DNA of 64,000 bases from an uncultured Eubacteriales bacterium (lineage in GTDB: Bacteria > Bacillota > Clostridia > Oscillospirales > Acutalibacteraceae): contig CAKSAP010000001.1 in the NCBI GenBank assembly GCA_934436505.1, positions 147,347 through 211,346 on the forward strand, in the 5' to 3' direction. The position numbers were made by a program, and so were the translations under genes. Below, in pieces: positions 55,019-61,064 of the stretch; the stretch's first letter is position 1; the number at the start of each line of letters is the position of its first letter. The notes under the pieces are model-generated. The model had not been told where the DNA came from and made no database searches. It saw only the letters and a program-made list of their open reading frames with translations.

Positions 55019-55056
55019 AAAGGCACACTCGGTCGAGTGTGCCTTGATTTTATTTG
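55019..55056. terminator. bidirectional rho-independent terminator (glgP / PAP2)
   Basis: AGGCACACTC-GGTC-GAGTGTGCCT followed by TGATTTTATTT. Confidence 0.75.
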
Positions 55057-55075
55057 TTCGATTGTTATATCTGTT

Positions 55076-56047
55076 TTACACTCTCTCGTAATCTTTTCTT
55101 ATAAAGATTTTGATAGCGAGCATAACGCCGATAAACATTGAAGTACCGCCGACAAGAACGTCGGAGAAGAAGTGCGCACCGCATACAATTCGGCTGATTG
55201 CGACCGTTCCCGTAAAGATTACAGAAACGAAATAGAAAAGCACCTTGTATTTAACCGTGTTGTACTTCTTGAAGAGGTGCGGAAGTGCAAGCAATGCATA
55301 TGTAGTACCTGCGGCGCAGGTGTGTCCCGACGGGAATGAACGGTATGCGTCCTTACCGACCTTGTGACCGTTTACCGAGGGGATATAAAGCGGAGACTTC
55401 TCTGTGGGCATTGTGTATTTCTGATACCAGCGATGAAAATTGGTGTGCTGTGTATCGCCGAGGAAGTTCATTGTTCTGTATCTCGGACGGCACATAATAT
55501 TTTTGATTATGTTTACAATTAAGTTTGCAAACGCTGCCGCAAAAATGATTATAAACGAATATTTAAGAAGAGCCCTTGCGGTTTTGTCGTCAACCCTTGA
55601 AAACGCATTACAAATAAGCTCGCCGAACGCTATCGCAATGAAAACGAAGATAACCTTTGCAAATACGGTAGATGTAAAGCCCTCAATATCGGCGTGCCTT
55701 TCGGCGTAGCCCACGGTGTCGGTTACCAATATGTACATACAAACGACCGATGCGATATTTGATGCTATTGAGCCTAAAATGCGAAGCGGTTTGATTTTAC
55801 TGCGCTTAGTGTTCGTGTAAATGCAGGCGAACGCAATACTTAAAAACAGATAGACGGGACAGGAGCCGATACATTCAAAAACAGCGGCAAAAACGCTGTT
55901 TGTGAAATATGCGCCCGTGTCAAGTTTGACGAGAATTTCGCTCACACGCAGGTCATAAACCGTAGCGAGTGCAAGCAATGCGCCGAAAACAACAGCAAAA
56001 AGGCATACGCCGATGACTGTGTTTCGTTTTGTGTTTGTCTTTTCCAT
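55076..56047 (-). CDS. PAP2-superfamily membrane phosphatase
   Basis: KxxxxxxRP (IMCRPRYR), PSGH, and SRxxxxxHxxxD (SRIVCGAHFFSD) motifs. Multiple TM helices. Confidence 0.8.
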   Translation of the reverse strand: MEKTNTKRNTVIGVCLFAVVFGALLALATVYDLRVSEILVKLDTGAYFTNSVFAAVFECIGSCPVYLFLSIAFACIYTNTKRSKIKPLRILGSIASNIASVVCMYILVTDTVGYAERHADIEGFTSTVFAKVIFVFIAIAFGELICNAFSRVDDKTARALLKYSFIIIFAAAFANLIVNIIKNIMCRPRYRTMNFLGDTQHTNFHRWYQKYTMPTEKSPLYIPSVNGHKVGKDAYRSFPSGHTCAAGTTYALLALPHLFKKYNTVKYKVLFYFVSVIFTGTVAISRIVCGAHFFSDVLVGGTSMFIGVMLAIKIFIRKDYERV

Positions 56048-56198
56048 TAACCTCACCCTTTATTGAAATATTTGTGTCTTGATTTTAACACATAAATATA
56101 AATAAAACAATACCGTCTTTGATTGACAAACCTGCGTATATTTGGTACAATTATCACGCTCGTTTGAGAGAAAGAGCAACAATTTAATAAGAATATAC

Positions 56199-56273
56199 GC
56201 CTCCTTAGTTAAATGGATATAATAAACCCCTCCTAAGGGTTAGTTGTGAGTTCGATTCTCGCAGGGGGTGCCA
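56199..56273 (+). tRNA. tRNA-Arg (anticodon CCT), CCA encoded
   Basis: Hand-folded cloverleaf. Acceptor GCCTCCT/AGGGGGT (two GU pairs), U8 A9, D-arm GTTA-AATGGATA-TAAT, anticodon stem AACCC/GGGTT with loop CUCCUAA (U33, CCU, A37), 4-nt variable loop, T-arm GTGAG-TTCGATT-CTCGC, discriminator G, CCA. Confidence 0.72.
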
Positions 56274-56281
56274 AAACTTTG

Positions 56282-56309
56282 AAAAGAGCCGAGCAACGGC
56301 TCTTTTGTT
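56282..56309 (+). terminator. hairpin terminator after tRNA-Arg
   Basis: AAGAGCCG-AGCAA-CGGCTCTT followed by TTGTT. The 3' half overlaps the 5' end of the disrupted second tRNA copy. Confidence 0.5.
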
Positions 56310-56478
56310 AAATGGATATAAGAACCTGAACGCAGAAGCGTTCAGAACCTTGTTACTCGCAAAACTCATAATAAGAACCTGAATTCTGACGAATCCAGAA
56401 CCTTGTTACTCGCTTTGCTCGTAATAATAAACCCCTCCTAAGGGTTAGTTGTGAGTTCGATTCTCGCAGGGGGTGCCA
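56298..56478 (+). pseudogene. second, disrupted copy of tRNA-Arg(CCT), interrupted by a 106-bp insert in the D-stem
   Basis: 5' 24 nt (GGCTCTTTTGTTAAATGGATATAA) match copy 1 at 19/24. The 3' 51 nt (TAAACCCCTCCTAAGGG...GGGGGTGCCA) are identical to copy 1. The 5' acceptor-strand mutations would weaken the acceptor stem. Confidence 0.55.
56322..56427 (+). repeat. two tandem 53-nt hairpin-forming units inserted in the tRNA pseudogene
   Basis: Unit 1 (56322-56374) and unit 2 (56375-56427) both read GAACCTGA[hairpin]CAGAACCTTGTTACTCGCnnnnCTCnTAATAA. The hairpin stems differ by co-varying changes (CTGAACGC/GCGTTCAG vs CTGAATTC/GAATCCAG). Confidence 0.6.
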
Positions 56479-56487
56479 AAAGCACAA

Positions 56488-56577
56488 CCGAAAAGCCTAG
56501 TAAAATCAAGGCTTTTCGGCTTTTTTTATTTTTGCGAGAAAACAACAAAAACGAGAAAATCACAAATTTTCATTAGC
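56488..56577 (+). repeat. direct repeat A (approximately 90 nt; terminator hairpin plus conserved tail), partner of repeat B
   Basis: CCGAAAAGCCT-loop-AGGCTTTTCGG (11-bp stem) followed by CTTTTTTTATTTTTGCGAGAAAACAACAAAAACGAGAAAATCACAAATTTTCAT. About 85% identical to 58131-58220. Confidence 0.6.
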
Positions 56578-56720
56578 AAATTTTCCGTCAGCTAATGGAA
56601 ATTAGAACTAACGTCGCCCGCCTTTCAGGTGTACGGGTTGCTAATAAAAATTAGCAGGATTTTCGCTATTTTGTTAATGAAAATGCCCTCTCTGCTAATG
56701 AGAGAAAAAACGAGCAAAAT
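56571..56720. promoter_or_regulatory. array of GCTAATG/CATTAGC inverted-repeat operator-like sites
   Basis: CATTAGC-n13-GCTAATG (56571-97), TGCTAAT-AAAA-ATTAGCA (56639-56), CTCTGCTAATGAGAG and CTTGCTAATGGACAAG palindromes, within 150 bp upstream of a small RHH-like ORF. Confidence 0.4.
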
Positions 56721-56846
56721 TCTTGCTAATGGACAAGGCGGTTGTTACCCTGTTAATTCGTTCATTTAGGGGTGGTCAAGAGACAATCGCACACTACCTA
56801 TATGCCCTTTCTTATTATATAATTGCGGTAACAGGAGGTGGTTGTT

Positions 56847-57026
56847 TTGAAAGAACAGAAATATCACCTATATCTTTCCAAGGACGAATACAGCGAAGTG
56901 TTGCAATCACTTATCCGTTTGAAGAACAGCCTGATAGCACAAGGCAGATACACGGACGCAGTAGATGATATTCTTTGCAAGGTGCTTTCAGCCAAGAAAA
57001 GACAGTTCAAAATCAAATATATCTGA
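56847..57026 (+). CDS. small hypothetical protein, possibly a ribbon-helix-helix (CopG/Arc-like) DNA-binding protein
   Basis: 59 aa from a TTG start with an AGGAGG RBS 8 nt upstream. The N-terminal alternating pattern KYHLYLSKDEY followed by two predicted helices resembles the RHH fold. Assigned by pattern only. Confidence 0.35.
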   Translation: MKEQKYHLYLSKDEYSEVLQSLIRLKNSLIAQGRYTDAVDDILCKVLSAKKRQFKIKYI

Positions 57027-57107
57027 ACACGAATAAAGACCGCCTACACTTTTGTAAGCGGTCTTTGCTAATTTAGAGTAAGTTCGACAAACTGGAATTT
57101 GACTTGC

Positions 57108-57455
57108 CTATTTTCTTAAAATCTCATGTGGAGCTTCTATTTCATTTGCCAAGGTATGCTCTGTTAATTCTGACATCAATTTCAATTTTTTATTAATCAA
57201 TGGTCGCATACAATTAGGAACATGTTCCTGATGCGCTCTGTGGATTGCTACACATTCCTTACAGTTTCCGTGATAACGACAGGCTTTCAGGCAAGGACAG
57301 TGATCTTTGTCTTTATACTCCTTACGAAATTCCGCTGCAAATTCTTCTTGCAGTCTCAGTCCCTCGACACGGTTTCCCTTATGAAATTCTACCATTGCAT
57401 CCAGTTCTTTCTGGTTCCCTTCAATCTTCATGTTATTATAGCGCCTCCATTTCAA
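57108..57455 (-). CDS. hypothetical cysteine/histidine-rich protein (putative metal-binding)
   Basis: 115 aa from a TTG start (the internal Met at 57431 is an alternative). HCPCLKACRYHGNCKECVAIHRAHQEHVPNC cluster. AT-rich gene. Confidence 0.45.
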   Translation of the reverse strand: MKWRRYNNMKIEGNQKELDAMVEFHKGNRVEGLRLQEEFAAEFRKEYKDKDHCPCLKACRYHGNCKECVAIHRAHQEHVPNCMRPLINKKLKLMSELTEHTLANEIEAPHEILRK

Positions 57456-57513
57456 CTATTCCTCATTTTCTGATAAATTCCTATTTTCTCAATTCTCCAA
57501 ACTGGAATTTAGA

Positions 57514-57882
57514 TCATGATTCATATGGATAGTAGTGTTCTGCCTTCGACTGAAATTCACATAATTTTAATATTTTCATATCCTTATCAAAATCTGCTAT
57601 TGTAACACCATCAAAGCCATCTATCTTACCATCATAATTACATCTGAAGTACCATTCAACAATTAACGTTTGGTTTTGCTCGAATATTCTTTTGATTGTC
57701 CATTCCAATACTTGTCCCTTATTATTCCAATTTTCAAACCATGTTACAATTTGTGATAAGCCATGATATTCAGGTCCATAGCATTCACTATACAAAGCAT
57801 TTTCAGAAAAAGTCTGTTTTACAATCTCAACATCGTTATCTAACCAAGACTGAAAATATTTCTTAATGACATCTACTTTCAT
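57514..57882 (-). CDS. NTF2-like / SnoaL-like fold protein
   Basis: 122 aa starting MKVDVIKKYFQSWLDNDVE with W/Y-rich cone-fold signatures. GGAGGA RBS. AT-rich composition. Confidence 0.55.
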   Translation of the reverse strand: MKVDVIKKYFQSWLDNDVEIVKQTFSENALYSECYGPEYHGLSQIVTWFENWNNKGQVLEWTIKRIFEQNQTLIVEWYFRCNYDGKIDGFDGVTIADFDKDMKILKLCEFQSKAEHYYPYES

Positions 57883-58130
57883 ATTATCCTCCACAAATTC
57901 AAATTTGTCTTTCTCTTAATTTCCTATTATACACCAAAATTATGAATATTTCTACCCGCCGTCTATTGACCTTAGTTTCGAGGAAAATAGGCGGCTTTTT
58001 GTTATTTTCAAAAATTTTTTTCAAGATTTTTTGAAAAAACACCCCCCAAAAACGCTCTCCCATTTCAAACAAGTGAAAAAACCACGAAAAATTAGCAGGT
58101 TTTGGACGAGAATTTACTAACAGTGAAATC

Positions 58131-58220
58131 CCAGAAAAGCCTTGATTGTTCTTGGTTTTTCGGCTTTTTTTATTTTTGCGAAGAAACAGCAAAAACGAAA
58201 AATCGCAAACTTTCATAATC
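58131..58220 (+). repeat. direct repeat B (degenerate copy of repeat A)
   Basis: CCAGAAAAGCC...TTTCGGCTTTTTTTATTTTTGCGAAGAAACAGCAAAAACGAAAAATCGCAAACTTTCAT. About 85% identical to repeat A over the 3' 65 nt. The hairpin portion is degenerate. Confidence 0.6.
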
Positions 58221-58244
58221 GGTCAACAAATTTATTTGTAATTA

Positions 58245-58272
58245 TTGACAACAAAAACGAGCGATGTATAAT
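58245..58272 (+). promoter_or_regulatory. near-consensus sigma-A promoter for the GPH transporter
   Basis: TTGACA at 58245-50, a 16-nt spacer, TATAAT at 58267-72, then a GGGGG RBS before the ATG at 58314. Confidence 0.55.
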
Positions 58273-58313
58273 ATTATTGTTCAATTTCGACAATTTGGTT
58301 AAGGGGGCTGTTT

Positions 58314-59714
58314 ATGGAAACGCATGGAATTAAATTTAAGGATAAGCTCGGTTATGCTCTGGGCGATATGGGCGGAATACTCTCGTTTAGTCTTGTTTCT
58401 TCGTATTTAACAATGTTTTATACCGATATTTTGGGCATTTCAGCCGCAAGCATAACAATCTTAATGCTTATTGCCAGAATTTGGGACGCTGTAAATGACC
58501 CTATGTGGGGTTCGTTTATAGACTCGAGAAAGCCGACAAAGCACGGCAGATTCAGACCCTATATTTTAGGTGCTTCTTTTCCGCTTGCCGTGGGTGCGTT
58601 TTTAATGTTTTATAAAATTCCCGGATTGTCAAACAGTCAATATTTAATCTATGCTTACATAACATATATTTTCTACGGTATGATGTATACCGGCGTCAAT
58701 ATCCCTTACGGATCTTTGGCAAGTGCCGTTACAGATGACGAGGTTGAACGTTCATCTCTTTCAATGTGGCGCTCTGTCGGTGCGGGAATCGGCGGCTTGC
58801 CGGCGCAAATTCTCATGCCGCTTGTTGTTTTCACGACTGTAATCAATGCCGACGGCAGTTCGTCAAAGGTTCTTGACGGGAACAAGCTTTCATTGTGCGT
58901 AGGCGCAATTTCGGTTTTAACGATTGTTCTTTTTATTATCCACTTTAGATTGACAAAGGAGCGAATTCAGCTTCCGCCGACTCAAAAAACAAGCGATTAT
59001 AATTTGCTGAAAACCGTCAAAGTCCTTGCTAAAAACAAGCCGTTTGTTGTGCTTTGCTTCATATCTATGTTTCTTATCTGTTTTCAAATGTACACACAAA
59101 CGTTTTATAATTATCTTTTCAAAAATTACTTTGAGAAGCCGGGTCTTTACAGCATTGTTACCATATGCACCTATTTGCCTATGGCGTTGTTTTTGCCGTT
59201 TATGGGTAAGCTTATCAGAAAATTCGGCAAAAAGGAAATTTGCGGCGCAGGCTTGGGCTTTGCCTTTGTTATCAGCGCTCTGATGTTCCTTTTACGTTTT
59301 ACCCCGTTTGCCCACAATCCTTATGTTTTCCTCGGACTCGTGTTCCTTTCGGGTGCAGGTCAAACCTTCCTTGTGCTTGAGGTTTGGGCACTTGTTATGG
59401 ACGTTACGGATTATCAGGAGCTTTTGTCGGGCAGACGTGAAGAGGGCACGACCTACAGTATATATTCTTTTGTACGCAAGCTGGGTCAAACGGCCGCAGG
59501 CGCAGGTGTTCCGGCAGTGCTTGGAGCTATCGGCTACAAAGGCACGCAAGCCGTACAATCACAGCAGGTTTTAACGAAAATGTTTGATGCGGCAACAATA
59601 GTGCCGTCGGTCATTCTTTTGCTTATGTTTATTTTGACGACCTTTTGCTATAAGCTGGGCAAATCGGAAATCGAGGATTTGCACAAGCAGCTTTACGGCA
59701 ATAAAAACGATTGA
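58314..59714 (+). CDS. glycoside-pentoside-hexuronide (GPH):cation symporter family sugar transporter
   Basis: 466 aa, 12 TM helices, GPH signature LGYALGD...DAVNDP. Confidence 0.85.
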   Translation: METHGIKFKDKLGYALGDMGGILSFSLVSSYLTMFYTDILGISAASITILMLIARIWDAVNDPMWGSFIDSRKPTKHGRFRPYILGASFPLAVGAFLMFYKIPGLSNSQYLIYAYITYIFYGMMYTGVNIPYGSLASAVTDDEVERSSLSMWRSVGAGIGGLPAQILMPLVVFTTVINADGSSSKVLDGNKLSLCVGAISVLTIVLFIIHFRLTKERIQLPPTQKTSDYNLLKTVKVLAKNKPFVVLCFISMFLICFQMYTQTFYNYLFKNYFEKPGLYSIVTICTYLPMALFLPFMGKLIRKFGKKEICGAGLGFAFVISALMFLLRFTPFAHNPYVFLGLVFLSGAGQTFLVLEVWALVMDVTDYQELLSGRREEGTTYSIYSFVRKLGQTAAGAGVPAVLGAIGYKGTQAVQSQQVLTKMFDAATIVPSVILLLMFILTTFCYKLGKSEIEDLHKQLYGNKND

Positions 59715-59735
59715 TATACTTAGGGGCATAATTTT

Positions 59736-61064
59736 ATGAAAACAGTTGAATTGCAAACAAAATGCGGAAAAATTCAAGGCATTGACGGCGAAAACTGCCT
59801 TGAATTCAGGGGCATAAAATACGCAAATGCCAAGCGTTGGGAATATCCTCAGGTGATTGAAAAATGGGAGGGTGTTTTTGATGCAACTTGCTTTAAGGAG
59901 TGCTCATATCAGCACCGTGGGTTTGATGATGACGCAACGGTTAACCCCTTTTATCATTATGAATTCAGAGACGGTTTGGCGTTTACATACAGCGAGGATT
60001 GCCAATTTTTGAATATATATGCGCCTAAAGAAGCGAAAAATTGTCCCGTTTTAATTTTTATTCACGGCGGCAGCTTTACGGGCGGAAGCTCAAACGAGGC
60101 GCATATCAACGGTGAAAACTTTGCAAAAAACGGCATAATTTTTGTCACGATGAATTACAGGCTTAATGCCTTCGGCTTTTGCTCACACCCTGATTTAACC
60201 GATGAAAACGGAGTTTGCGGTAATTTCGGACTTTTTGACCAATATGCCGCAATTAAATGGGTTAAGGAAAATATTGAAGCTTTCGGCGGTAATCCGAATA
60301 ATATTGTGCTTTCAGGTCAAAGCGCAGGGGCGATGAGCGTTGACATTCATCTTTCAAATCCGCTTTGCAAAGGTTGGTTTTCAGGAGCGATAATGATGAG
60401 TGGCGGCGGTTTACAGCGTTTTCTCGCAAAACCCCTGACTCCCGAAAAAACAAGAGCTTTTTGGGATAAGATTATTGAAAATGCAGGAGTTAAAAGTATA
60501 GCCGAATTGAAAAAAGCGGATAAAGAGGTGCTCTATCGTGCTTGGGATAAGGCGTGCAAGGAGGAAAAGCTCAAAAGTATGCTTTACACCATGCCGGTCT
60601 GTGACGGAAAAATAATTACGCAGTCGAATTTTAACAACAGGACAATTCCTCAAATGCCTAAAATTATAGGCGTTACAAAAAATGATATGGTGCCTGCCGT
60701 TTTGCGGGCAGTCGATAAAAAGTGGATTTCCTGTGATAAAAACAGCGATTGCTATATTTATTATTTTGCACGCAGCTTGCCGGGCGATGAAAAGGGTGCT
60801 TGGCATTCAAGCGATTTGCTTTATGCTTTTTCAACTCTTGATAAAAATTGGCGGCCTTTTGAGGCTGTTGATTATGAAATTTCAAATCAGCTTGCGAAAT
60901 CCTTTATTGCTTTTGCAAAAAACGGAAATCCCAATTGCAATGAAATACCGATGTGGAAGCCAGGCACGGCTAAGGTTATGACCTTTTGTGAAAACACAAG
61001 GCCGGCACATTGGAACATCCCACAGCTTTTGAAAAATACATTTATTGGCGGAGCATCAATATAA
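59736..61064 (+). CDS. type B carboxylesterase/lipase (COesterase family)
   Basis: Oxyanion-hole region FIHGGSFTGGS and GxSxG nucleophile elbow GQSAG. Confidence 0.85.
   Translation: MKTVELQTKCGKIQGIDGENCLEFRGIKYANAKRWEYPQVIEKWEGVFDATCFKECSYQHRGFDDDATVNPFYHYEFRDGLAFTYSEDCQFLNIYAPKEAKNCPVLIFIHGGSFTGGSSNEAHINGENFAKNGIIFVTMNYRLNAFGFCSHPDLTDENGVCGNFGLFDQYAAIKWVKENIEAFGGNPNNIVLSGQSAGAMSVDIHLSNPLCKGWFSGAIMMSGGGLQRFLAKPLTPEKTRAFWDKIIENAGVKSIAELKKADKEVLYRAWDKACKEEKLKSMLYTMPVCDGKIITQSNFNNRTIPQMPKIIGVTKNDMVPAVLRAVDKKWISCDKNSDCYIYYFARSLPGDEKGAWHSSDLLYAFSTLDKNWRPFEAVDYEISNQLAKSFIAFAKNGNPNCNEIPMWKPGTAKVMTFCENTRPAHWNIPQLLKNTFIGGASI

Noticed and set aside
56224-56275. Initial reading of the tRNA-like sequence as an acceptor/T-arm minihelix or tRNA 3' fragment (att-site duplicate)
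   Set aside because: Extending 25 nt upstream gives a complete cloverleaf (tRNA-Arg CCU, 56199-56273). The downstream copy is a near-full duplicate interrupted by an insert, not a bare 3' fragment.
56322-56427. Possible CRISPR-like array, suggested by short direct repeats with hairpins
   Set aside because: There are only two units, they are contiguous with no spacers, and no cas genes are nearby. The structure fits a tandem duplication or miniature insertion better.
56723-56968. 81-aa plus-strand ORF overlapping the RHH-like ORF in another frame
   Set aside because: It has no RBS and begins inside the palindrome array. The alternative frame (56847-57026) has a strong AGGAGG RBS and a more protein-like sequence.
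57899-58216. 105-aa minus-strand ORF in the islet's right arm
   Set aside because: The sequence is low-complexity (K/R/F-rich) and has no RBS. It overlaps repeat B and the terminator-like hairpin, so it looks like noncoding regulatory DNA.
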